A stretch of DNA of 64,000 nt from an uncultured delta proteobacterium (GCA_963848295.1 CAWKDB010000002.1:960001-1024000); one strand, 5' to 3'. Positions 47,862 through 59,596 are shown, numbered from the stretch's first letter. Numbers and translations are program-made. The notes: generated by a model from the letters alone, not told the origin.

Positions 47862-49733
47862 TTACTCGTGTAGATGGAACGGCGTGGTGATGACCACGAC
47901 GCGGTCCGAGCATTGCGAGCGCAGCATCATCCGGAGAAATGTGCCGCGATTGTTATGCAGGGCGCCCTCGTACCAGTGACTCATGATCAGGTCGGGGATC
48001 ACGACGGCGATGTCGCGATCGCGATGTTTGATCTCGAGCCCTTTGACGAAGCCGACGAACGGGCTCAAGAACTCCCGATATTGCGACGTCAGCACGATCA
48101 GCTTGGGCTGCGCGATCCGGTTCCTGCGCGCCGGGTTCGCGATCAACAGCTCCCAGTTATCCGACAGGTCTTCGGTCGTGCTGGTCTCGGTCTTGACCTG
48201 CACGACATAGATGTCATCGGACAAGCGCAGCGCGAACTTGAGGCCCTGGAGCGTCATCTTCGTCCAGCTACCGGCGGCGAGCACGACAACCGGATCGACG
48301 CGATCCGGCATCTCCATCGGCTCGATCGTCGCGACTTGAATGCCGACCTTGCGGTAGTGGCGATTGATCCGGAGAAAGAACAGCACGAGCAACGGCACGA
48401 CCACGACGGTCAGCCACGCACCCTCGCCGAACTTGGAGATGCTGACGACGACGAGCGTCGCCCCGGTCGCGATCGCGCCCGCGGCGTTGACGAGCATCGA
48501 CCGGCGCGCACCGGCGCCCCCGAGCGTCTTCCAATGCAGCACCATGCCGGCTTGCGACAGCGTGAACGCGAGGAACGCGCCGATCGCGAACAGCGGGATC
48601 AACTTGTCGGTGATTCCGCCGAACGCGACGATCAGCGCACCGGCGAGGACCGCGAGCACGATGATACCGGTCGAGAACACGAGCCGACGACCGCGCTCGG
48701 CGAACGACCCCGGCAGGTAGCGATCGTCGGCGAGCAGCCGGCACAGGCGGGGAAAGCCGGCGAAGCTCGTGTTCGCCGACAGCGCGAGCACCGCGACGAT
48801 CGCGGCCATCGCGGCGTAGTAGAACACGCCGCGCCCGACAACCGCGGCGATCAGCATCGACAGCACACTCTGATAGCCGTGGGCGCCGGGGTCGGTAGCG
48901 CCGATATTGTAGGCGCGGCACAGGTACGCGACGCCTGCGAGCAGCGCGATCAGGATCACGATGATCGCGGTCAGCGTTCGTTGCGCGAGCGCGATCGCCG
49001 GCTTGCGAAAGATCGGCACCGCATTCGAGACCGCCTCGACGCCGGTCATCGCGGTGCAGCCGCTGGCAAACGCTTTGAGCAACACCCATGCGCTCGCCGC
49101 CTCGACCGCGGCGGGCATCGCCGGCGGAACCTCGACCGGCTCCGGCGCACCGCCGGACGCGATCGCCTTGACGACGCCGATGACGATCACGACGCCGAGC
49201 GCGCCGACGAACGCATACGTCGGCAGCATGAACGCGGCGCCGGACTCCTTGATCCCGCGCAGGTTGACGAGCGTGATGAGCACGAGGATTGCGACGCACA
49301 ACCCGAGCGTGTGCGGCAACAGCTGCGGGAACGCCGAGACCAGCGCACCGACGCCCGCGCAGATCCCGACGGCGACGTTGAGGATGTAGTCGACGGCGAG
49401 GGCGGCGCCGGCGAGCAGCCCGAGGTGCGGGCCCAGGTTATCCCTCGCCACGGTGTACGAGCCGCCGCCGTTCGGGTACGCCACGATCGTCTGGCGATAG
49501 GAGAAGTACACGATGATCAGGATCGCGCAGATGATCGCGACGATCGGCAGCGCATACACGAGCCCGATCGTGCCGAGTGGGATCAGCAGCGTGAGCGCGG
49601 CTTCAGGGCCGTACGCCGCCGACGACAAGGCATCGAGCCCGAGGATCGGGATCCCCGCCGCGGGGCCGATGTGCTGATGCTCGTCCTCGTGGGTCGCGAG
49701 CTGACGGCCGAGTAGCGAATCGAGGAACGCCAC
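47862..49733 (-). CDS. APC-family K+ transporter (KimA/YdaO-like) 1
   Basis: DALSSAAYGPE, YPNGGGSY, DYILNVAV, NLRGIKESG, TGVEAVSN, LIPLFAIG; cytoplasmic C-terminal domain (LHN). Confidence 0.88.
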   Translation of the reverse strand: MAFLDSLLGRQLATHEDEHQHIGPAAGIPILGLDALSSAAYGPEAALTLLIPLGTIGLVYALPIVAIICAILIIVYFSYRQTIVAYPNGGGSYTVARDNLGPHLGLLAGAALAVDYILNVAVGICAGVGALVSAFPQLLPHTLGLCVAILVLITLVNLRGIKESGAAFMLPTYAFVGALGVVIVIGVVKAIASGGAPEPVEVPPAMPAAVEAASAWVLLKAFASGCTAMTGVEAVSNAVPIFRKPAIALAQRTLTAIIVILIALLAGVAYLCRAYNIGATDPGAHGYQSVLSMLIAAVVGRGVFYYAAMAAIVAVLALSANTSFAGFPRLCRLLADDRYLPGSFAERGRRLVFSTGIIVLAVLAGALIVAFGGITDKLIPLFAIGAFLAFTLSQAGMVLHWKTLGGAGARRSMLVNAAGAIATGATLVVVSISKFGEGAWLTVVVVPLLVLFFLRINRHYRKVGIQVATIEPMEMPDRVDPVVVLAAGSWTKMTLQGLKFALRLSDDIYVVQVKTETSTTEDLSDNWELLIANPARRNRIAQPKLIVLTSQYREFLSPFVGFVKGLEIKHRDRDIAVVIPDLIMSHWYEGALHNNRGTFLRMMLRSQCSDRVVVITTPFHLHE

Positions 49734-49791
49734 TAGCCAGCTCCCCACCGCCGGACCGGGGGGCTCGAGGGCCGAGCGCGGCGCCGCGCGA

Positions 49792-50448
49792 TCACGGCGA
49801 TTTCGGCGCTCCCGCGACCGCCGCGATCGGACGTCCGAATTGGCGATCGAGCGCGAGATTGACCTCGAGCACGTTGACGTGCGGCTCGCCGAGCAACCCG
49901 AGCTCGCGGCCTTCGGTGTGCTCGACGACGATGGACTGCACTCGCTCGACCGCGACCCCGCGCGCCTTCGCGATCCGCGGGCACTGCAACCACGCGTTAT
50001 CGGGCGACACGTCGGGATCGAGGCCGCTCGCCGACCGCGACACCGCGTCGGCGGGGACCGGCACGTCGTCGGGCAGCGCGTTGTCCGCGCGATATGCCGC
50101 GGCGAGCTGGGCGACGCCGGTGAACGACTCATCCACGTCTTTGGTCGCCGGATCGTCGGGCTGGCCTTCGCGCAGCTTCTTCGACGTCACCGCGAGGTTC
50201 GTGCCGCCCGAGTTCGCCGCGTCGTAGCTGTTCGCCGATGGCCGGGGCTGGAGATACGGCGCGGTCGCGAAGCCCTGGGCGATCAGCTCGGAGCCGACCT
50301 CGACACCCTTGTCGTCGATGACGATCGAGCCGTTCGCGCGGTGCGGGAACGCGAGCTGGGCGACCCCGGTCACCGCGAGCGGATAGACGATGCCGGTGAG
50401 GACGAGCGTGACCAGCGTCGCGCGGAGGGCGACGATCAGGGTCTGCAT
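49792..50448 (-). CDS. kdpC: K+-transporting ATPase subunit C
   Basis: YPLAVTG...ANGS, GSELIAQ, RPSA, SASGLDPDVS, GEPHVNVLEVNLALD. Confidence 0.95.
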   Translation of the reverse strand: MQTLIVALRATLVTLVLTGIVYPLAVTGVAQLAFPHRANGSIVIDDKGVEVGSELIAQGFATAPYLQPRPSANSYDAANSGGTNLAVTSKKLREGQPDDPATKDVDESFTGVAQLAAAYRADNALPDDVPVPADAVSRSASGLDPDVSPDNAWLQCPRIAKARGVAVERVQSIVVEHTEGRELGLLGEPHVNVLEVNLALDRQFGRPIAAVAGAPKSP

Positions 50449-50450
50449 GA

Positions 50451-52511
50451 CTACACCGCTCCGATCGCGGTGAGCGCGAGGTCGATGAGCTTGATCCCGA
50501 CGAACGGCGCGATCACGCCGCCGGCTCCGTAGATCACCAGCGAGCGCCGGAGGATCGCGGCGGCGCCGAGCGGGCGGTACTTCACGCCGCGCAGCGCGAG
50601 CGGGATCAGCGCGATGATGATGATCGCGTTGAAGATCACCGCCGACAGGATCGCCGACAGCGACGAGCTCAGCCCCATGATGTTGAGCGGCTCGATCTGC
50701 GGATAGACGCCGGCGAACATCGCGGGCAGGATCGCGAAGTACTTCGCGACGTCGTTCGCGATCGAGAACGTCGTCAGCGAGCCGCGGGTCATCAGCAGCT
50801 GCTTGCCGACCTCGACGACCTCGAGCAGCTTCGTCGGATCGGAGTCGAGGTCGACCATGTTGCCGGCCTCCTTCGCGGCCTGCGTGCCGGTGTTCATCGC
50901 GACCCCGACGTCGGCCTGCGCGAGCGCGGGCGCGTCGTTCGTGCCGTCGCCCGTCATCGCGACGAGCTTGCCCTTCGCCTGCTCCGCCTTGATGATCGCC
51001 ATCTTGTTCTCGGGCGTGGCCTCGGCGAGGAAGTCGTCGACGCCGGCCTCGGCCGCGATCGCCTTCGCGGTGCGCGGGTTGTCGCCGGTGATCATCACGG
51101 TGCGGATGCCCATCGCGCGGAACCGCAGCGAACCGTTCGCGGATGCCCTGCTTGACGATGTCCTTCAGGTGGATCACGCCGAGCACGCGCTCGCCGTCGC
51201 TGACCGCGAGCGGCGTGCCTCCGGTGTCGCCGATCTTGTCGGCGAGCTCGCGACGTCCTCCGGCAGCGCCCCGCCCCGCGCGACGACATACGCCTTGACC
51301 GCGTCGACCGCGCCTTTGCGGATCGCGCGGCCGTCTTCGAGATCGAGCGCCGCTCATCCGCGGTCTGCGCGGAGAACTTGATGAAGGTCGCGCCCTTCGC
51401 CTCGCGCGGCGGCGATGCCGTGCTGTCCTTCACGAGCGTCACGATCGAACGGCCCTCCGGCGTCTCGTCCGGCGAGGCTCGATAGCATCGCGGCCTCGGC
51501 GAGGTCCTCGATCCGCACGCCCGCGGCCGGCAGCAGCTCCGACGCCATCCGGTTGCCGTGCGTGATCGTGCCGGTCTTGTCGAGCAGCAGCACGTCGACG
51601 TCGCCGGCGGCCTCGACCGCGCGCCCGCTCATCGCGATCACGTTCTTGCGCAGCAGCCGATCCATGCCGGCGATGCCGATCGCCGAGAACAGCCCGCCGA
51701 TCGTCGTCGGGATCAGGCACACCAGCAGCGCGACGATCACCGTCGCGGATAGGTGCACGCCCGAGTAGATGCCGAGCGGCACGAGCGTGACGCACGCGAA
51801 CATGAACACGATCGTCAGCCCGACCAGCAGAATGTGCAGCGCGATCTCGTTCGGCGTCTTCTGCCGCGCCGCGCCTTCGACCAGCGCGATCATCTTGTCG
51901 AGAAACGACTCGCCGGGGTTCGCCGCGATCTCGACGATGATGCGATCGGACAGCACCTTGGTGCCGCCGGTGACGCTCGAGCGATCGCCGCCGGACTCGC
52001 GGATCACCGGTGCGGACTCGCCGGTGATCGCGGACTCGTCGACCGACGCGATGCCCTCGACGACCTCGCCATCGCCCGGGATGAGATCGCCGGCCTCGAC
52101 CACGACGCGGTCGCCCTTGCGCAGCTGAGACGCCGGCGATGACCTCGGGCAGCTCCTTGCCGGCTCGACGAGCTTCCGCGCGACCGTCTCTTGGCGCATC
52201 TTGCGCAGCGCGTCGGCCTGCGCCTTGCCGCGGCCCTCGGCGACCGCCTCCGCGAAGTTCGCGAACAGCACGGTGAACCACAGCCACAGCGTGATCGCGA
52301 TCGAGAACCACAGCGGCGTCGTGCTCGGCCGCCGACGACCACGTCGCGCACGACGAGCCCGGTCGTCAACAGCGAGCCGACCGCGACGACGAACATCACG
52401 GGGTTCTTCGCGAGCAAGCGCGGCGCGAGCTTCGCGAAGCTGTCGCGGATCGCGCGTTCGGACGATCGCGGCGTCGAACATCGACGGTTGGGTCTTGGCG
52501 TGTTTCGCCAT
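50451..52511 (-). CDS. kdpB: K+-transporting ATPase subunit B; about 8 or more apparent indels
   Basis: [53 protein letters not shown], all recovered across frames. Confidence 0.92.
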
Positions 52512-54236
52512 CACATCACCTCGCCGTGCAGCGCCTGGAAGTGCTCGACCACGGGGCCGAGCGACAAGGCCGGGAAGAACGTCAACGCGCCTACGATCAC
52601 GATCACGGCGACGAGCAGCGCGGTGAACAACCAGCCAGTTCGTCGGGAACGTCCCGAGCCCCGGCGCGACCGTCTTCTTGTTGAGCATCGCGCCGGCGAT
52701 CGCGAGCACCGGGACGATCATGAAGAACCGACCGGCGAGCATCGCGAGACCGAGCACGACGTTCCACCAGTCGTGTGTTCGCGTCGAGCCCGGCGAACGC
52801 CGAGCCGTTGTTGCCGGCGGCGCTGGAGAATGCGTACAGCATCTCGGACAGGCCGTGCGGGCCGTTGTTGTTGAGCGTGCGAGTTGCCGTAGCCGGCGAC
52901 CGACGCCCACGCCGTGAACCCCAGGATGATCAGCGGGAACACCAGGACGTAGAGCATCGCGAGCTTCATCTCGCGGCCTTCTATCTTCTTGCCGAGATAC
53001 TCCGGCGTTCGCCCGACCATCAGGCCGGCGATGAACACGGTCAGGAGTACGAACACGAGCACGCCGTACAACCCCGCGCCGACGCCGCCGAACACGACCT
53101 CGCCGAGCTGGATGTTCACCAGCGGCACCATGCCGCCGAGCGGCGTGAAGCTGTCGTGCATCGAGTTGACCGCGCCGCACGACGCGTCGGTCGTGACCGT
53201 CGCGAACAGCGCGGAATCGGCGACGCCGAACCGTGTCTCCTTGCCCTCGAGGTTGCCCGGCGCAGAAGCGACGCCGAGGCCGTGCATCGCGGCGTTGCCG
53301 TGCGACTCGGCCGAGTACGCGGTGGCGACGCCAGCGAAGAACAGCACCGACATCGCGGCGAACAGCACCCAACCTTGGCGCTGGTCGCGCGCCATCCGGC
53401 CGTACGTGTACGTGAGCCCGGCGGGGATCGCGAAGATCAGCACCATCTCGATGAAGTTCGTGATCGCGGTCGGGTTCTCGAACGGGTGCGCGCTGTTGGC
53501 GTTGAAGAACCCGCCGCCGTTCGTCCCGAACATCTTGATCGCTTCTTGCGACGCGACCGGTCCCATCGCGATCGTCTGCTTGCCACCCTCGAGCGTGGTC
53601 ACCGTGTGATACGGGGTCGAAGTTCTGGATCACGCCCTGCGCGACCAGCACGATCGCGACGACGATGCAGATCGGCAGCAGCACGTAGACGAGGCCGCGG
53701 ATCAGATCGACGTAGAAGTTGCCGACGCCCTTGGCGCCATCCGGGCCCGGCTGCCGGGTCAAGCCACGTGCGATCACGAGCGCGACGCCGATCCCGACCG
53801 CGGCCGACGTGAAGTTGTGCCAGGCGAGCCCGGCCATCTGCGTCAGGTAGCTCATCGTCGCCTCGGGGACGTACGCCTGCCAGTTGGTGTTCGTCGCGAA
53901 GCTCGACGCCGTGTTGAACGCGAGTGGTCCGGGCACGCCGCCCAATTTTTGCGGATTGAAAGGCAGCGAGCCCTGGGCGCGCTCGATCAAGTACGTGACG
54001 AGGATCCCGAGCGCGCTGAACACCAGCATCGCGATCGTATATTGCAACCAGGTCTGTTCCTTGGGCTCGCGCAGCCCGCACAGCCGCAATAGCCCGCGCT
54101 CGACGCGCCCGAGCGTGCGCGGCAACGGCTGCCGGTCGCCCTCGTACACGCGATGCATGTATGCGCCGAGCGGCTTGGTGATCGCGAGGATCACCGCAAA
54201 GAACCCCAGGATCTGCGCCCAGCCGTTGAACGACAT
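52511..54236 (-). CDS. kdpA: K+-transporting ATPase subunit A; 4 apparent +1 frameshifts
   Basis: [42 protein letters not shown]; extra bases near 53614, 52879, 52775 and 52637. Confidence 0.93.
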
Positions 54237-54325
54237 CAGAATCGCTCCGGCGCGAGCAGCGCGTAGACCAGGTAGGCGGTGACCAGCACCGCGACGATGA
54301 GGCCGATGAGGTATTCGGTGGCCAT
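54236..54325 (-). CDS. kdpF: KdpF peptide (29 aa)
   Basis: [34 protein letters not shown] overlap with kdpA; too short for the ORF track. Confidence 0.93.
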   Translation of the reverse strand: MATEYLIGLIVAVLVTAYLVYALLAPERF

Positions 54326-54327
54326 GG

Positions 54328-54411
54328 CTAGATCCGATCGACCGAACGCGCGTAGAGCACGGCGATCGCGAAGAACGCGACGGTGACGGCGATGAAGATC
54401 AGGTCGGTCAT
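54328..54411 (-). CDS. Small single-TM peptide (27 aa) upstream of kdpF
   Basis: [27 protein letters not shown]; exactly fills the porin-kdpF gap (4 nt and 2 nt spacers). Confidence 0.8.
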   Translation of the reverse strand: MTDLIFIAVTVAFFAIAVLYARSVDRI

Positions 54412-54415
54412 CGCG

Positions 54416-55913
54416 TCACATCTTGACTTCGAGCGCCAGCGTGAACCGTGGCTCGTTCTTTACGAGATCAGGACTCCACGTGACGTTGCCGGCGGCATCC
54501 GTGATCTGCGACCCGGGTGCGCCTGCGTTGCCACCCGGCGGCGTGACTGCCGCCCGGGCCCGCGAAGTACGGGACGCTCGCGTGGCGATAGACGAACTCC
54601 GCACGGAACGTGATGTACTGCGCCGGCATGTAGTCGAACGTCAGCTGCGTGTCCCACGCGGTGTACGGATCGCCGGGATTCTCCGTGAAGTAAGGCGTGC
54701 CCGAGGCCGCCGTCGCGCCGTTGATCGGCGGCAGCAGTACGAGGTAGCGCCCCGGGTTGTCGATCATGCCGCCGCCGAAGCGTCATCGCGTACTTCTCGC
54801 CGTGCCACGCGCGGACGTACGCCATGAACCCGACGAAGAACTGAGAGGGTGTCGTCGAGTTGCCGCCGGCACACTGGACGCCGCCACCCTGCTCGCAGCC
54901 CGCGTCGACCGTCAGCGTGGTCGCGACGCGCGAGATGAAGTTGGCCTTGTTCTCGTACCACTTGACCTGGACCGAGTCGTCGGTGTGGATAGCGATGGCG
55001 ACCCGGTACGCCGAGCGCGTCGGTACCGAGCGTGTACTGATTGAAGACCAGGATCAGGTTGCCGTTCGGCGTGTAGCGGATCTGACCGCCGACGCCGGGC
55101 CACGAGTTGAACTTCGCGTACGACTGCCAGCCGTTGATCAGCCACGGCTCGATCTTGAGCTTGTCGCTCGGGAACCACTGGGCCCGGACGCCGTTGAAGA
55201 ACCACGGCGTGTTCGATGACACGTACGACGGCTGGTACGTCCAGTTGTCGAAGTTGTAGTAGCTCCACAAGCCGATGTAGCTGAGGAAGATGCCGGCCTG
55301 GATGTTGATCGCCGCGGTGCGGATCGCCGAAGTGATAGCCGCCATAGGCTTCCGAGATGTAGCGATACGCGTCTGAGAGGTCCCACTGGCCGCGCGCCGG
55401 GCTCGCGTCGTTGCGCGGCGTCGTGGTCGACAGCTCGCCGAACTGGGTCATGAAGCGGCCCTGGACGTTGTCCCAGTGAAAGTCGCCGCCGAAACCGAGC
55501 TGGGTGACCTGGTTCTCGCCCGAGCGCCAGCCTTCGGTAGCACCGACGATGGTGTCGTCCTTGGGGTGGTTGAAGCTGTACATGAACTCGTCGTCGAGCC
55601 GGAACTCGCCGGTGAAGTACTTGTTGCCGAGCGGCGAATCGTGCGTGCGCGCGCTGCCCGACTGCCACGTGAAGTCGGCGAACGTGAACGGATCGAGCTC
55701 CTCCGGAACGGTCGGCGCGGCGACCGGCTCCGCGACGGGCGGAGTCGCGACGGTCGGCGGTGCGGGATCGATCGGCGGTGGCGCCGGCGCGGGTGCACCC
55801 GGTGCGGGAGCGGGCTCACCCGGCGCAGGATCTGCGGGACTTGCGGGCTGGGCGATAGCGACAGAGACGAGCGCCGCCGACAGAGGCAGTGCATAGGCGA
55901 GACGACGGAGCAT
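54416..55913 (-). CDS. Putative outer-membrane beta-barrel porin (BBP2/DUF1597-like) 1; 4 apparent +1 frameshifts
   Basis: Signal peptide, Pro-rich linker, GIFLSYIGL, NWTYQPSYVSSNTPWFFNG, WLINGWQ; extra bases near 55310, 54991, 54780 and 54548. Confidence 0.8.
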
Positions 55914-55927
55914 GGCGAGCGTCCTGA

Positions 55928-55943
55928 TGCAGCGCCTGTGCCG
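55928..55943 (-). promoter_or_regulatory. Sigma54 (-24/-12) promoter of the porin-kdpFABC operon
   Basis: Minus strand CGGCAC-AGGCG-CTGCA = GG-N10-GC, 15 nt before ATG 55913. Confidence 0.6.
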
Positions 55944-56092
55944 AGCGTGAGCCTCGTCATGTCACGGCGTTGGCCTACACGGGACGACTCGCAATGCATC
56001 TTGCACGGTCACTCACGCTGGGTCGGGCAACCTGCATGACGACTGGTGGCCACGCCAAAGGATTCGGATACGACGCGATCAACGCGCCGCGG

Positions 56093-57496
56093 TCACAACC
56101 GCAAGGTCGCGTTGAGCACGATCCGATCGTCGCTCCGCACGAGATCGGGCGTGAACATCGCCTGCGCGGCCGCATCGACGGGAGGCAGCCCGTTCGGACC
56201 AGTGATCCCACCATGGCCGCTGAAGAACGGTTGGTTCGCGCCGCGGTGCGAGTACTCGAGCCGGGTGAGCAACCACGGGCTCGGCCAGTAGTCGAGCGTG
56301 ACCGACGCGCCGCCGACCACGAGCTTGCCGGTGTCGGGCCACGTGTAGGGCGAGCCGACCGGGAACTTCGACGTGATCGCCTGCGTCTGGTCCGCGTAGA
56401 AGTCGAGCCGCAGGCCCGTCTTCCACCGCGCCGACCACTCGATGTGATGGGCGAGCGATATCCCGCCCATCCAGCCTGACGGCGCGTTGCCGCGATGCTC
56501 GTGCCCGGCGTCCGCGACGATCGAGAACGCGAGCGATCGCAGGTAGCACGAGCTCGCGTTCTTGTAGTAGCGGACCTGAAGGTTGTTGTCGGTGTACAGC
56601 CGCAGCGAGTCCGGATCGCCTTCGGCTTCGCGGCCCGCGTAGAACGAGTTGACGAGCGACAGCCACTCGCGCGGACGCCAGTTCCACAGGTAGCCGCCGG
56701 CGCGCGTCTCGTGCCACTCGCCGAACGTCTGCCAGCCGTTGACCAGCCACAGCTCGAGCTTCATCCGCTCGGTGAGCAGCAGCTGGCCGCGAAGCCCGAA
56801 GAAGTAGTACGGCGTGAAGTCCGACATGAACGCGTGGTTGTAGGCCCAGTTCTCCTCGGGCAAGTAGCTCTCGAGCCCGACGTACGACGGGAAGATGCCG
56901 ACCTCGACGTTGATCCCGTGCAGCCGGTGAAAGTGCCAGCCGACCGCGGCCTGCTGGACGTTCTGCAGCAACCGGTTCGTCAGGTAGAATCCGCGCGTCG
57001 TCGTCGTGTCCTGGCCCGCGATGGTCTCGACCGTCGAGCCGTACTGGATGTAGAGCCGGCCGATCGGACCGTCGAGCCCGGTGACGTCGATGCCGAGGTG
57101 CGCGAGGTTGAGCGAGATCTCGTTGTGGCGTGGCGCGGTCGTCGTCGGAAACACCGTGTGATCGATCGGCTCGTGGAACTGCCACTCGTAGTACGTGTCG
57201 ATGTAGAGCGAGAACGTCACCGGCCCGTTCTTCAACAGCGATGCGGGCTGCGGGTTGTTGCCGTTCATCCACCCGAAGTCGAATTCGCCGAACGTCGGCT
57301 CCTTCTCGTCGAGCGGCGGCTCGTGGGGCGGCGCGCTCGGCGGCGCGGGCGGGACGCGCGCCTCGAGATCGGTGAGTCGCTGCTCGATCGTAGGGGGCGG
57401 CGCGGCCGAGCCAGAGCCAGGTCCGTCGTCAGCGAGCGCGGCGTACGGCGCGGCGGCGATTCCGAACGCGAGCGCGACGAGTGCGAACCGGACCAT
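56093..57496 (-). CDS. Putative outer-membrane beta-barrel porin (BBP2/DUF1597-like) 2, intact
   Basis: Signal peptide; GIFPSYVGL, NWAYNHAFMSDFTPYYFFG, WLVNGWQ align with porin 1. Confidence 0.85.
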   Translation of the reverse strand: MVRFALVALAFGIAAAPYAALADDGPGSGSAAPPPTIEQRLTDLEARVPPAPPSAPPHEPPLDEKEPTFGEFDFGWMNGNNPQPASLLKNGPVTFSLYIDTYYEWQFHEPIDHTVFPTTTAPRHNEISLNLAHLGIDVTGLDGPIGRLYIQYGSTVETIAGQDTTTTRGFYLTNRLLQNVQQAAVGWHFHRLHGINVEVGIFPSYVGLESYLPEENWAYNHAFMSDFTPYYFFGLRGQLLLTERMKLELWLVNGWQTFGEWHETRAGGYLWNWRPREWLSLVNSFYAGREAEGDPDSLRLYTDNNLQVRYYKNASSCYLRSLAFSIVADAGHEHRGNAPSGWMGGISLAHHIEWSARWKTGLRLDFYADQTQAITSKFPVGSPYTWPDTGKLVVGGASVTLDYWPSPWLLTRLEYSHRGANQPFFSGHGGITGPNGLPPVDAAAQAMFTPDLVRSDDRIVLNATLRL

Positions 57497-57631
57497 AACG
57501 GCGAGCCGCCATTCTGTACGCGTTGCGGCGATGGCGCGCAAGGGCTCCGTCTGACGTGCGTTCAGCGACGTTTGCCGACGCGATCTCGTCGTGATACCTA
57601 GGGATGCCGTCTTGGGGCGCGTTGCGAACGA

Positions 57632-59596
57632 ATGACCGACCCCGCCGCTTCGACGACGAACGCCTCCGGCTCTAACCACACGCACGGCACCGGCGCGCAC
57701 GCCGCGGTGCACGATGGTAAGGAGCTCGCGTGGCTGTCGCTCGGCGCGCTCGGGGTCGTCTACGGCGACATCGGGACCTCGCCGCTCTACGCGATGCGCG
57801 AGTGCATGACCCATTCGTCGCAGGTCGGCCCCGAGCCCGCGAACGTGATGGGCCTGCTGTCGCTCGTGTTCTGGGCGCTGACGCTCGTCGTCGTCATCAA
57901 GTACCTCGTGTTCATCATGCGCGCCGACAACAAGGGCGAAGGCGGGATCCTCGCCCTCGCCGCGCTCGTCGCCCGCAAGGAACCGAAGGCGTCCGATGGC
58001 GGCAGGCGCGCGACCCGGCTCGCCGTCCCGATCTTGCTGGCGCTGTTCGGCGCGGGCCTGCTCTACGGCGATGGCGTGATCACGCCGGCGGTCTCGGTGC
58101 TCGGCGCGATCGAGGGCATGAGCGAGCAGAGCCCGCGGTTCGCGACGCTGATCGTGCCGTTCTCGGTCGCGATCCTCGTCGGCCTGTTCTGGGTCCAGCG
58201 CTGGGGCACCGCGCGGATCGGCTCGGTGTTCGGCTGGATCATGCTCGCGTGGTTTCTCGCGATCGGCGCGGCCGGCGTGCCGTTCATCATCCGCAACCCC
58301 GGCGTGCTCGCGGCGGTCAGTCCGCACTACGCGGTCGAATTCCTCGTCGATCACGGCATGGTCGGCTTCTTGTTGCTCGGCTCGGTCGTGTTGTGCGTCA
58401 CCGGCGCCGAAGCGCTGTACGCCGACATGGGCCACTTCGGCCGCAAGCCGATCCGGCTCGCGTGGTTCGTGGTCGTGTTTCCCGGGCTATTGCTCAACTA
58501 CTTCGGTCAAGGCGCGCTGTACCTCGAGCGCGGCGCCGCGGTGTCCAACCCGTTCTACGAGCTGGTGAGCGGTGGCCCGTTCCTCGTCCCGATGATCGTG
58601 CTCGCGACCGCCGCGGCGGTGATCGCATCGCAAGCGCTGATCTCCGGCGCGTTCTCGCTGACCAACCAGGCGGTCCAGCTCGGCTACGTGCCGCGCGTCA
58701 CCGTGATCCACACCTCGCACAAGGCGGAGGGCCAGATCTACATCCCCGAGGTCAACTACTTGTTGATGCTCGCGTGCGTCGCGCTCGTGCTGTCGTTCAA
58801 GAGCAGCGCGAGCCTCGCCGCCGCGTACGGCATCGCGGTGACCGGCACGATGGCGATCACGTCGTACCTGTACATGCTCGTGTGCCGGCGCAACTGGGGT
58901 TACTCGTGGGGCGCGGCGCTCGCGCTGTTCATCCCGTTCGTGACGATCGATCTCGCGTTCTTCACGGCCAACCTCGACAAGATCGCCGCCGGTGGCTGGT
59001 TTCCGCTCGCGGTCGGCGTCGGGGTCTTCGCGATCATGACGACGTGGTGGCGCGGCCGGCACGAGCTGGCGAGGATCATGGAATCCGGGTTGATGCCGGA
59101 CGACCTGTTCCTCGCCGATATCGCGATGACGCCGCTGCCGCGCGTGCAAGGCACCGCGGTGTTCATGGCGTCCGGCACCGACGGCATGCCGAACGTGCTG
59201 CTCCACCACGTCAAGCACAACAAGGTCCTGCACCAGCAAGTCGTGCTGCTGTCGATCGTCACCGAGACCATGCCGTTCGTGGTGGGCACGTCATCGCTCG
59301 TGGTCAAGGAGCTCGGCAACGGGTTCTATCGAGTCATCGCGCGCGTCGGCTTCATGCAGCAGCCGAACGTGCCGCGCCTGCTCGCGCGCTGCGCGAAGAC
59401 CGGCCTGATCGTCAGCGAGGCCGATACGACCTACTACCTCGGTCGCCAGACCCTGCTGACCACCGGCAAGTCCCGGATGGCCAAGTGGCGCAAGATGACG
59501 TTCTCGTTCTTGTCGCGCAACTCGCGTCCGCCGACATCGTTTTTCCATCTACCTCCGAACCGCGTGGTCGAGCTCGGGCTGCAGATCGAGCTGTGA
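57632..59596 (+). CDS. kup: Kup potassium transporter
   Basis: LGVVYGDIGTSPLYA, ADNKGEGG, YGDGVITPA, TGAEALYADMGHFG, GQIYIP, PPNRVVELG. Confidence 0.97.
   Translation: MTDPAASTTNASGSNHTHGTGAHAAVHDGKELAWLSLGALGVVYGDIGTSPLYAMRECMTHSSQVGPEPANVMGLLSLVFWALTLVVVIKYLVFIMRADNKGEGGILALAALVARKEPKASDGGRRATRLAVPILLALFGAGLLYGDGVITPAVSVLGAIEGMSEQSPRFATLIVPFSVAILVGLFWVQRWGTARIGSVFGWIMLAWFLAIGAAGVPFIIRNPGVLAAVSPHYAVEFLVDHGMVGFLLLGSVVLCVTGAEALYADMGHFGRKPIRLAWFVVVFPGLLLNYFGQGALYLERGAAVSNPFYELVSGGPFLVPMIVLATAAAVIASQALISGAFSLTNQAVQLGYVPRVTVIHTSHKAEGQIYIPEVNYLLMLACVALVLSFKSSASLAAAYGIAVTGTMAITSYLYMLVCRRNWGYSWGAALALFIPFVTIDLAFFTANLDKIAAGGWFPLAVGVGVFAIMTTWWRGRHELARIMESGLMPDDLFLADIAMTPLPRVQGTAVFMASGTDGMPNVLLHHVKHNKVLHQQVVLLSIVTETMPFVVGTSSLVVKELGNGFYRVIARVGFMQQPNVPRLLARCAKTGLIVSEADTTYYLGRQTLLTTGKSRMAKWRKMTFSFLSRNSRPPTSFFHLPPNRVVELGLQIEL

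Noticed and set aside
51354..54236. Apparent 960-aa KdpA-KdpB fusion
   Set aside because: The frame wanders through several indels and has nonsense-like stretches; the normal TGATG junction is at 52511
55914..56092. c-di-AMP (ydaO) riboswitch upstream of the K+ genes
   Set aside because: Only a CCGAATCC fragment matches; the GGAACC and CCCG...AGCTAAC elements were not found here or before kup or the APC genes
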